NCBI GenBank assembly: GCA_040143965.1
Contig: JASJQH010000034.1
Span: 1-42,537, forward strand
Direction of reading: 5' to 3'
DNA: 42,537 nt
DNA from: Basidiobolus ranarum
Taxonomy: Eukaryota
The notes below the pieces were generated by a model. That model made no database searches. It was not told the DNA's origin and worked only from the letters and a program-made list of their open reading frames with translations. Shown piece by piece: positions 1-11,200 of the stretch (the stretch's first letter is position 1; each line of letters opens with the position of its first letter). The position numbers and the translations under genes are program-made.

Positions 1-841
1 ATCTCACAATGCTATTCACAACTCCACTTTTCTAAAGTTCCTCCAAACAACCTATATGTTCCCAATAGTAACTTTGTTTACATCTTGTCAAAACTATAAA
101 TATCAACTTTCTACTCAATAAATCAATAAGTGAAAATCAACAATTTCTCTAATTCTCCAAACCACTTCCAACAGGCTCCCAAATACTTTAACAGGTTATG
201 AGCCCCAAGCTTGCACTCTATGTAATCTCTACTGGTAGGAGGATTGTTGGAGGATCTTGACATAATGGGGGTAGACTTTGTGTATTAGAGGCAACTTGTG
301 ATAGTGTTTTAGTTACTTTATTCTTAAGAGAATATGGTGACTTATATAGTAGAAAAGTAAATCAATTGTTTGAGATATTCAGGAGTTTGTGTAATAAGAT
401 ATAATAGGCAAGTGGGGTAATGAGACTTACTTGTTATATAGATATAAGGATATTCATATTTAGAATATAGGGGCTATAGAAATGTTGCTTTCTGTTTCTT
501 ATGTATGCATTGTAACTAAAGTTAGCTAAGATGTTGAATAAAGATTAATTGTCCAACAAAACAAACTAATGTGTAGAATATGTTAAGAAAGGTCCCAGGA
601 ACATGTGCACATATTTTGGTGCTTCTAGCACAGGTTTGAAAAAATTTATATATCTTCAAACTTCTAGGCAAATTTCAATATCAAATAATGGGAAATATCT
701 TAGTTCAATACAGGATAACTAAATATTAAGCTATATACAACTATATAGGTGTTTAGGAAATGCTAATTCCAATAGTAACATCAGTTTCTCCTGACTAGAG
801 AGTATCAGTTCAAATTGCCTATTATGAGGAAATACACTATT
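1..841. other. CpG-free, AT-rich non-coding segment; possible methylation-decayed repeat or transposon relic
   Basis: No CG dinucleotide between 1 and 841 (first CG at 842-843), whereas CG is common in the rest of the window. No credible ORF. C-rich up to ~200, G-rich at ~230-480. Confidence 0.4.
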
Positions 842-961
842 CGTACTTTCAAAAATATTCAAGGTTAATAAGATATATACTTTCCTAGAATATGAAGGGT
901 ATCGAATCCTTTTATTTACCACGTTATGGAGGATTAAAAATTTACATAGTAGCATAGATGT

Positions 962-2088
962 TTATAATATTAAGGGAGTATCGGTGACGGATAATTGAAT
1001 AGAATCTAAATATTCCATCTCGGGAAAGAAACCATTCCACCATTTTTTCATGGATCTAACTGGTGTTATATTACAGTCATCATAGGAACCTCTTTCTTTA
1101 ACAGAGGCCAACCATGGTTGAAAATAGAACCACCTATCTCCACAAGAACCAGAATCCAAGTAAACTATGATGATTTTTCTACTCTCTCTAACAGCTAACG
1201 AGTTCATAACTGGCTGTTCCTTGCCTACGAAGTATCCTTGACGGAGATAGTAATCATGGGTGTCATAATAGGTATCTGACCACCATATAACGAGTTCTTT
1301 ACGGCCACCAAAAATACCACCTAAGCAGTTTAAGTCAATATCATACTTTACAAAGGACACTCACATAGGTTGCACTTACCTTCAATGATGTCAGCATCAA
1401 TAGGCCCATCATTATATCGCCAAGATTTTAGTTTCTCTTCAGGCGGGTACACAACACCCAAAAGTAAACTATCCATACCGGTCTGGGCTTTCCCTTCCGC
1501 AAACACTTCACGAACTCTATTAGGATCAGGCCAATTGCGAAAAATATGGCTACCGTCTCTGAAACTTCCGGAATCAACCCAGAAGAAGAATTCGGAACTA
1601 AACGGGTTTTCCTTGGCTGTCTCTGCAACAAGAAAAGGTTTTGAATTCCAAATGGCGTATAAGTTACCATTATGATAGGACTTCTCTCGGTCAAGGTCGT
1701 GTTGTTTTCCATTGTATATCTCTTCCAAGCCCTGTAAAGGAGTTACGTTGAAAGGGCTTTCGTATTGTGTACGAATTATGGTTGGGAAATCCCCTCGAAG
1801 TTCTTGAATAGTTGGAGCAAATTGGGGTGTGGTGTATATCACCATAGGAGTATTAACATTGGAAAAAAGATTGGAAAGCCATTTTTTGTATTCGTCAGAT
1901 GAATGTTTGGACGCTGTGAGGGGAAAATATGCAGAAACAAGGGTAGTGGTGTTTGAATTCCTTGATGTGCCATCTACAGCATACAACACGGCTTTCTGAC
2001 CAAAAGCACAAAGTAGCGTCAAATAGACGAATGGAAAAAGAACACAACATGATAGAATATATTTGAAGTTACAACTCCCTCTATGCAT
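962..2088 (-). CDS. HtrL/YibB-like putative glycosyltransferase-type protein with N-terminal signal anchor (355 aa, 2 exons: 2088-1380, 1320-962)
   Basis: A 59-nt GTAAG...TAG intron (1379-1321) joins the two ORFs in frame as ADIIE-GGIFGG. Motifs TTLVSAYF, YAIWNSKPFLV, FFWVDSGSFR, GGIFGG and GKEQ resemble the HtrL/YibB family. The N-terminus is hydrophobic (ILSCCVLFPFVYLTLLCAF). Confidence 0.7.
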
Positions 2089-2569
2089 CTGATTAAGCTA
2101 GGGAAATCCCAATATTGCAAAACAAAAGTCAAGATATTGAAACTCTTCCACTTACTGATTTTTAAATCCATTTATAGGCGAAATACGTGACTACTAATAT
2201 TAACATTTTAAAGTGTGGATTTGACGATTTAGTGGTTTGATCCCATCAAATCAGAACTCTGGGTGACCCCTTGATTTTGCGACTAGATCCAAATTGAGAT
2301 CTCGATGCCCCATTATTACTTTGATAAAAAGAATTTAAAGGTCAACGTAGCCAATTGACCTGGCATAATGTTACATGGTAATGTAGCACAAAACGATGAT
2401 GCGGATAACGGAGCACTGAGAAAGAATGGTTGAGCTAGTTCTTTATATAAGATTTTCTGTTCATCCCTAACTCATACCCTATGTATTTGCCAAGGAAAGT
2501 TCCAACTTTAAAATAGTATTTAATTGAATGAATATTTGTATTGTTAAGCATTTATGCTAATTGTAGCCA

Positions 2570-3330
2570 CTATCTAACCACCTATCTCTACAAGAACCCA
2601 AACACGTATAATGAACTTGTGACTTTCATTAGCAGAAAAGCATTCATTGCTCCTTGTCTACAAAATATTATTGTTTGTGATGTGCAAAAGCTATCTGACC
2701 ACTATGCAACGAGTTCTTTATAGTCACTAAATAATTAAAGTCAATATCTTGTATTACAAAGAATACTAGCATAGGCTGTGCTTACTCTCAATGTCAGTAT
2801 CAATAGGCTCATAATCATATAGCTAAAGTTTGGATTTTTTTCTCAAGTCAGTTTACAACACCTGAAAGTAACTATCGATACTGGTCCGAGTCTTCCCCTC
2901 TGTATAAACTTCACAAACCTTATCAGGATTAGGTTGAATGCGAAAAACATGGCAACCATCACTGAAACTTTCAGAATCAACCCAGAAGGATTTGGAATTA
3001 TAAAGATTTCTATTGTCAATTGTGCAGCCAGATATGGCTTTGAATAGTGTATAAGTTACCATTTGGCAAGACCTTCTTTGGGTCAAGGTCTTGATACTCT
3101 CCTTTGTATATATTGCATAAAGGAGCTATGTTAAAAGAAGTTTCGTATCAAAGTATTGTTGGAGATTCTCTTCAGAAATTTTGATTAGTCAAAGCAAACA
3201 ATGAAACAAAAATTAGTTGAAGTCAATTGATGGATGTTGCGAGGGATAAATATGTGATGTTAAAGCTAGTAGCGGTACAACTCTTCGATCTATCATAGGT
3301 AGTACAATTTTCGGAGCAAAAGAAAGAACT
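2570..3330 (-). pseudogene. Degenerate tandem duplicate of the HtrL-like gene (boundaries approximate)
   Basis: Collinear similarity to ~1125-2015, e.g. AACCACCTATCTCTACAAGAACC vs AACCACCTATCTCCACAAGAACC and TATCTGACCACTATGCAACGAGTTCTTTA vs TATCTGACCACCATATAACGAGTTCTTTA. The intron is retained and the peptide remnant FWVDSESFSDG survives, but there are indels and stops. Confidence 0.85.
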
Positions 3331-3511
3331 TTACTAAACACACCGATGAATCTAAAAATGCTAGTATTTATGAAGCTTCACTTCTTCGGCATCTTACTGA
3401 ACGAGTGAAAATTTGTCACTGCTAAATCATAACGAATTCTTCAAATTTCTATTTATACTTCAGAGGAGCGTGGGAGGTCGGGCATGCTTTAGTAGGCAGA
3501 GTCTTATGTGG

Positions 3512-3695
3512 CCAATGAAACCAATAAGGGTGAGAAAATTATGAAACAAAAAGGTGGAATCTAAGGGAAAGAAAGGTCTCATAAATTGAAAAACCAGTTT
3601 GGGATCAATTTTATGGCCAATACGCGTCAGGATAACATGTGAGCTATAAGGATATCTATCAACGTCACCGATTGGCCTTGTCGATAAATATAAAA
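3512..3695 (+). promoter_or_regulatory. Candidate thiolase promoter: four CCAAT boxes and a TATA-like element
   Basis: CCAAT at 3512, 3521 and 3617, ATTGG at 3671, TATAAAA at 3689-3695, ~50 nt upstream of the ATG at 3742. These are short motifs only. Confidence 0.35.
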
Positions 3696-3741
3696 TCATC
3701 GGTAGTAACCTCCACAAGACTTCAATCTGTACAAGCTGAAA

Positions 3742-4980
3742 ATGAGTCGTTCATTGTTGGATGTAGTTATTACCTCTGTTGGTTAGTTTTTCTCAATACT
3801 TCTACCTAAAATTTCTTCATGCCACTAACTTTTAACATTAATAATAGCCAGAACTCCTGTTGGGTGTTTCCGAGGCTCTTTGGCTAAGGTTCCTGCCACC
3901 AAGTTAGGAGCTATCGCCATCAAGGGTGCTATCGAGAGGTCAGGCATCAAGGCTGGTCAAGTCGAAGAGGTCTATATGGGTAACGTTATCCAAGCCAATG
4001 AAGGTCAAGCTCCTGCTCGTCAAGCAGTTTTAGGTGCTGGATGCCCTGAATCTACTGAAGCCACTACCATCAATAAGGTGTGCGCTTCTGGTATGAAGGC
4101 TATCATGCTTGCCACCCAAAATCTCCAAGTTGGTTCTCGCTCCATCATGGTGGCTGGTGGTATGGAAAGTATGTCCAACACCCCATTTTATGTTCCCAGA
4201 AACCATGATTACGGCCATCAAGCTCTATCAGATAGTATCATCAAGGATGGTCTTTGGGATGTGTATAACCAGATTCATATGGGTAGTTGCGCTGAGCAAG
4301 TTGCCGCCAAATACAAGATCTCCCGTGAATCCCAAGATGAGCATGCTGTTACTTCTTATAAGCGTGCGGCCGCCGCTTGGAAGAACGGCGTCTTCAAGAA
4401 CGAGATTACTCCAGTTACAATTAAAGGAAAGAAGGGAGATACCGTCATTGATGAAGATGAGGAATATACCAAAGTCAACTTTGACAAAATTAGCGGACTT
4501 CGCCCTGTCTTCCAAAAGGATGGAACTGTCACCGCAGCTAATGCTAGTACCCTCAATGATGGTGCCAGTGCTGTTGTCCTAATGACTGCCAATAAAGCCA
4601 AGGATCTTGGAGTCACTCCATTGGCTCAAATCGTATCTTATGCTGATGCTTCATGTGCCCCAGTTGACTTCCCTATTGCACCCTCTCTTGCCGTACCTCT
4701 TGCTTTGGAAAAGGCAGGTCTTTCTATTTCGGACATCAGTCTATTCGAATTCAATGAGGCTTTCAGCGTTGTTGCTCGTGTCAATGAGCAAATCTTAGGT
4801 CTTGATCCCGAAAAGGTAAACGTTGCTGGTGGCGCCGTTGCTCTTGGTCACCCCATTGGTTCATCTGGATCTCGCATTGTAGTCACTTTGACCAGTCTTT
4901 TGAAGCCTGGACAATACGGTCTTGCTGCTATTTGTAATGGTGGTGGAGGTGCTAGTGCCATTGTCATTAAGCGTTTGTAA
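3742..4980 (+). CDS. ERG10: Acetyl-CoA C-acetyltransferase (biosynthetic thiolase II); exons 3742-3781, 3848-4980
   Basis: Spliced N-terminus [19 protein letters not shown]. Catalytic motifs [24 protein letters not shown] and CNGGGG are present. Confidence 0.95.
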
Positions 4981-5271
4981 AATTCTAGCATTTGTATAAT
5001 CACCATGCATATCATCCAATAAAAATCATTTTAAATTGACCAAATTCTAGTTTCACATATGTTTTAGTTCTGTTCATGGACATTTATAGCATCGCTCTTT
5101 TCAAGCTCCACTCTGTAGTAACATGAAGAGTCTCATACAATATTATAGATGTCGGTCTTCTTTCAAAATAGGTGTATTTAATATAATACATTCTTGCATG
5201 AAATATCATTAGCAAGTTGAGTGATTTACAACCATAAACTAAAAGGATTCGAGTGTAAATCTTAGGGTTAG

Positions 5272-8200
5272 TTAATCCTCTTTCCCGATCTGATCCATTT
5301 TCTGCCAAAGATAAAATCCAATGGTTCGAATGACATCGCTTATGTGGTCTACTTCCGCTTCACTGTAGACATCTCGATATTCTCGACTTACAGCGTAGGC
5401 ATTGATGTCGGTGGTGCCTGATAGCCTGAAATGGACGAGGAAGTCGTGATCATGAGGGTTGAAGATGATTACATGTCTGGTTTTTCCTATTACTAACTCT
5501 CGGGACAGTGAGAAATAGAATACGATCAGGGAATCCAATACACTTGACCAGTTAAGAGGAAGCTCAAGGAAATCATTAAATCCTTGGTCCAATTCTAAGA
5601 TGTTTCTGCTATTGAAACGCTGTGACAATGCCATAAAGTTGTCAATACTAATACTCTCGTTACTTGTGCCTACTGTCGCTGTCCATAGTAATTTCCATAA
5701 CGAATCTCTTTCATAGCATTTAAGTGCCTAAATCAAAAAAATCTTAATAAGATACATGTTTGACAATGGTTAAGTCTGTAAAAGCATACCTTTTCAAAAA
5801 TGTAATCTAATTTTTCTTCTAATGCATGAATGAATTTCATGTTATTAGGGTAGAGATCAGCGACCGAGTCAGTGCTTAGTAAAGAGGTGTTTAAGCGTGG
5901 TTGTGGAGAAGACTTGTATTCTTCGAGAACAATGATATAGCACCTCAAATCATATCCTGCAAGAGTTTGGTCATCGGCATCGATGGTCACCTCTGGGAAT
6001 ATTATCAGTGTGTTTTCTATCGATGGCTTATGGTCCATGTTCAAAAAGCAGGCTACTGGTTTGCTATGCTTTAGCAAGTTGGTGAGTTGGTACTTCACAG
6101 GTTGCTTCATGATAAACTGGAATAGGTTGTCAGGGAGACCATTGTTGCAAATCTTCCCCTTGAAAACCCTATTACGTGCGTAACGAGGGGGAACTGGATT
6201 TTGTCTAATGAATGCTCGAATGACGTCCAAAATATCCAATGCTTTCGGAATTTCTGAAGCATTGCCTAACATTTTACGAAGTTGTTGCAGATGGAAGTCA
6301 TGTACAAATGAATTCACATGTATAATGTTTTTGAAGCGGGCGCATTCCTCAGAAAACACCTTAAAGCTATGAAGATCATCCACGGTGGAAGTGAACCCAG
6401 GCGAAGCAACATAAAATGCTCCATATTTGCGATTGACAGTATACAGGTTGACACAAACCAACATCCCTTGAATACGTACCTCAGCCATTAATATACCACC
6501 TTGAAACGCTTTTTGTAGGAAGATAACTGGACTACTAACAACCAATTTATCAGAAACGATAAACTTAGAATGGGTAAGGTTTTGGTGGCATTCCCCGTTT
6601 CCGAGTACAATATTTTCACTGGAGAAAATAACATGCATTCCCAGAGTGCTGAGGTAATCAGCGTATTGTGTTACGAGCTGTCTAGCCAAGGTACTGTACC
6701 AGTGTGATGGGTTATCCTCATCAGGGTCAAACAACGATAACTTTCTGTCGGTCTTTGGGGCAGTGAACAGAGAATGACGGAAATCACTAAACAGTAGTGG
6801 AGTACGACAAAAGTGTAATAGCCTTGAGGTTCTCAGAACAACATATAAATCTTCTGGATACATTGGACTCCCTGATATATTGTGATGTTGCCTGCTCATC
6901 GACGTATATACATTCAACGCCTTCGATTGCTTATAAGCTATTTTAGCTTGACTAACATACGTTTCCAAAAATGAAGGCCCGTGACGTTGAAGTAAATCTG
7001 TACTCTTACTGGACAATAGATATTGAGTAGAATAATCCATGAATGCATCTTTTAAAATGTCCGAGAATTTAAACTCAACTTTAGGACCATCGGAGGGCTG
7101 AGGCTCGACATCCTTCTCTTTTCGACATTCAGACACAATCACTTCAGGCAGAGGGATGTCGACTTTGCTAGATTGGTCGTTGGAGATACTTTTCTTGGAT
7201 TCTTCAGGTTTAGTGTCAGAAGACGTGGTAGAAAGAGGAATACGAGCACGAGGTGGGAATCGGTCGTTCACCAAAGAATTGACATCATTGAGATTGAAGC
7301 ATTGCTTACTATTCTCATGAATACCATTGGATGGAAGTCCGTGATTAATAGCGCTCGTGGGACTGTTCGATCTAGGAAGGTTAGTATGGTAGAATAAGCC
7401 CATCTTTTGGTAAAGGATTGAGTCCATCAGTTCCATACGTCGACTATTCCAAGAGAGAATTGAGTTAAGCGAAGATATGAATTGTTCGGTAACGTGCTTA
7501 TTCCAATTGTAAGTGTACAATGTTACTACAAAGTCCGTTACATTGATAAGTGCGAAGCAATTGCGAGAAAGCTCCAGCTTATTCTGCAATCCTAGATCAG
7601 ATGTTAAACCAGGGAGATTAGGGAACATCATGAGATCCTCATTAGACATCTTTTGGTGTTGATAGGAAGTAACAACCGACGAGCTTTTCCTTGAGTGTCC
7701 ACGAATAGTGCTGCCCTTATCACTTCCGTAATCATCAACAGAGCTCTGACGAGAGGGCGAGAGCTCGTTAGAATCAAAGCTTCCTCTTCTTTCGGCCAGA
7801 CTTGATTTCTTATTACTTGAGTTCGGAATAAAGTCCTTGATCCCACTAACGATGATATATTGACTCTCATCCTTATTGCATGGATGAGTCTCAAGATCAT
7901 TGTGCCTTTGGGCCTTGAGCGGGTGATAGACTCCGTAGCAAAACTTTCCTAGCTTATGATATTGTGTCAAGTTGGCTTTCTTCAAGATCAAAGGAGCAAA
8001 AGTAGGGTGAGTGTCAGTCAGGAGATCTGATAATTCCGATAAGAAGTCGTCCATAATCCAAGGTGGTATTTTGACAGAGAAAGTTGAACGGTTTACAGAA
8101 AGTCCTTGCCATTTTGAGGATTGCTTCAATATATTAAAGCAAGGGTCTATAAATCCTTCACCTAATACAGAATTGAAGTTAATACGTTCTACTTCAGAAC

Positions 8201-11200
8201 TTTTATCTTCGGCATTCAGACTATCGGTTTGTTGGGATTTTAACGAGCTGGCAAGTCTCATCCCAGTAAACACAAGTTGTTCAATAAAGTAATCACACAA
8301 GCTTTGATAGAAAGTCTGAGATATCTTCTGGAATAACGATTCACAATTAACGCTGCCTTGAGTCCAAATCTCAACTTGCATTGTAAAGATACCATCTTTA
8401 GAATGGCTTAAAGGATTGCCTGAAAGGTACTCATTGATACCAGCATAATCCATTTCATCATCAGAGTCAGAATAACAAATTGGAATTTCGTATACAGGTT
8501 TCCCAAAAGGATCTAGCAACGTCAATAGAACACCACCAACTCCTTGGCCAACTGATGCTTCAGTGGGGTTCGGAGTTCGAGTCGGAAGACAGTTATAGAA
8601 AAATGCCAATTCGCCTACAGGCAGGGGCGAGGTAACCTCTCTACTAAAAATGAATTGGTCAACAATATCAGTAGAAATTTACGAAAAAGTACGTACCTGC
8701 TTTCGTTATCTCTGTATTCGTCGGCATTCATCTTGCCAAATGTACGGAAATAGTGCTTTTTAACAACATTTTTCACATCAGAACCGCTGAGTGTCTTCAA
8801 AAAAGTGAGCAAGTTTTGCTTCAAGTATAATAAATACGCATAAGGATTCCGCACAAGATTTGGAATGTTTAACAATCGAGAAAATGGTTGGCGTTCAATA
8901 GGCAGAATAAACTCAACATCCTAAAAAAGAGGAAAATTTAAGAAAATATTATATAAAAGCTAGTGACACTGGCTAGAACTTACCGCTCTTGTAAGTTTTA
9001 AGGTCACATTTCTTGCAAGGAAAGTAGATATTACAGGAAGAATAATACTTCCTGTCAATTTCGACTCGACCAGTGCCGTTAACTCTTCGGTAATCCCACC
9101 ACCAGGTGGATCTACACCATATACTTCTAAAATCAACTCTCGGTTTTGTTCAGATACACGAGTAGCAGAGGTGCTTGAAAGATTGGTAGAGGATTTTCGT
9201 ATCGCGGGTGAAGCCGGATGTGATGATCTAGGAGTATCTTGCTTTAGTTCAGCAGAATTAAAGGCGTATATGGGTGATTCATTAGAGTCAACTCTGTGGA
9301 GTTGAGCAATTAAATTAGCTGGACTCCACAAGCTGGTTCTAGGGTCGTCAGAATCTCCATCATAATCCGAAACAACAGAGACGTCTATTTCTAGCAATTT
9401 CATGTAGAAAACAGAATCATTTTTCACTACTACGAAAAGGTTTTTCCGATTAGAGACAGAGAACGGATGAAGCACCATGGCCGATATGGTGTTTAATGCT
9501 TGATTAGGCTTTAACCGCCAATGAAGTAGAAAAGATCGCCTGTAAACAATAGGGCATTCAAATTCCCCAGGTTTGAATATTTTCGATTTTCCAGCTCGTC
9601 CTCGCGATTCCTTAAACTGTGCAATCGAAAAGGCATCCATAAGCTCAGCACCCGCTGGTTCGATTTCTTCCTCCGAGGAAGTATTGGAAGAGGAATCCTC
9701 GTCGTCGCTCGTAGAATCCGGTGTTACTAGATATTTGCTGATAAACAGAGGAAAGTTGAGATATAGATCAAGTTCATAATAATATTGATACCCATTCATC
9801 TAACCTGCATATTCTAGTTTCATTCAATCTACGCAGTAAAATCAAGCGATTAACGCGTTTTGTTACTTTAGTCACACATTTTCGGGCATGCTGGATAATA
9901 GTAGAGCGCTCTGTGCCAGTAATAGTCTTTGAGTAGAAGCAAATTTGTAAATTGGAAGCTTGGGGTATCAGTAGAAGCCAGAACATTTGCTTTCTATCGT
10001 AGCTTAATTCGTTGGAATTATCCATGTCTTGATCCTCTGCTCCACCTATACTGATTCCTAATCCCTGACAATTAGATCCTTCACCTTCATCCATCTCTGC
10101 CGATGAGCCAGGTCTTGGGCTATTTACTCCATTTTCAATTATTGAATTTGGTGATCCTGGGTCATTGTCAGCTTCTTGATCTTCCGTGATGTAAAAACAA
10201 CTCTCGACTCGGTTCAGTCGATAAGGTAGCATACTTGCATTAGCAAGCTCTTGGTAGAACTGCTCTTTTCCAGATTTGTTTCTCACCAAAAGAACAGGGA
10301 TGGGAAACGAGGTCGGAAAATCTACAAATGGATTTTTCGTCATCAGGTATCCCTCAACTAACTTTAAGACAGGTTGGGTGACGGGTCTCCAATAGAGCAA
10401 TCCATGGATAATTTCTTCTTTAATAAGCCACTCCAAACGATCTTTAGTCTCAGCAAGAGCATCCTGCTTGTCTTGGGAAAGTGAAGACAGTTGCTTCCAA
10501 TCTTCCGTTATTTGAGCTAAGGGGGTCCTGGTGGCAAAAAAGTGTGACAATGGATTCATGAAATGCATCTCTTCAAAATCATCCAATTCAATTTTTGGGA
10601 GAGTCAGGCAAACGATATTCAATGTGGCGGTTGTGCCATCTGTTGAAGCCAATGGAGATGCTTCCGTACCTATATCGATTGGGCTAAAATCTACCAACTC
10701 TCCTTGATCAAAGTATTCATAGGAGGTAGGAAATTCAGATACAGGAACACAAACTTCTCCGTCTGCATATACGTTCTCTTTGGCGGGATTTGAGAAAGTA
10801 CATTCGATACGGATGAAAAGAGGTGTCTCGGAGCAATTCATGATATTCACTAGAGAATCCTCAAATGTATTGCTTAAATTTTTCGATATAGTCTTCTCTT
10901 GGTGCTCATCTTCTTTCGTAGAGAAAAGAGAAAACGAGGCCTTCTTGAATGAGGGTCGATAATAGTACAAATCACAAGGTTTACCATTTAAATCCTTGAT
11001 TGGCTCAAAGAAATGCCCAAGTACAAGAGCAAATCTCTTGGAAATATCTCCAGGAAGTCTATAAAAGGTCGTTACATTCAAGTTTGCTATGTAATAGAAT
11101 CAAATTCATAATCGTACCTCACACCATCAGTTTGAACTTGACGGGTTTGAACGTTCAAATAGTCCGTAATGTCGATCTTAATACTGGATCTATTACAAAG

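Noticed and set aside
1-480. Foldback/MITE inverted repeat suggested by the C-rich and G-rich halves
   Set aside because: Short complementary patches exist but are not collinear; no terminal inverted repeats or target-site duplication could be defined.
4030-4798. Several overlapping alternative-frame and antisense ORFs within the thiolase
   Set aside because: Shadow ORFs expected from biased codon usage; no recognisable protein features.
4969-4980. Thiolase C-terminus -KRL as a peroxisomal PTS1
   Set aside because: Lys at -3 is non-canonical, and the ending matches the normal last strand of thiolases.
5084-5308. 74-aa minus-strand ORF as a further SZT2 exon
   Set aside because: SZT2 ends naturally at 5272 with the family's F.LW C-terminal motif; this ORF is in a different frame in the 3' UTR.
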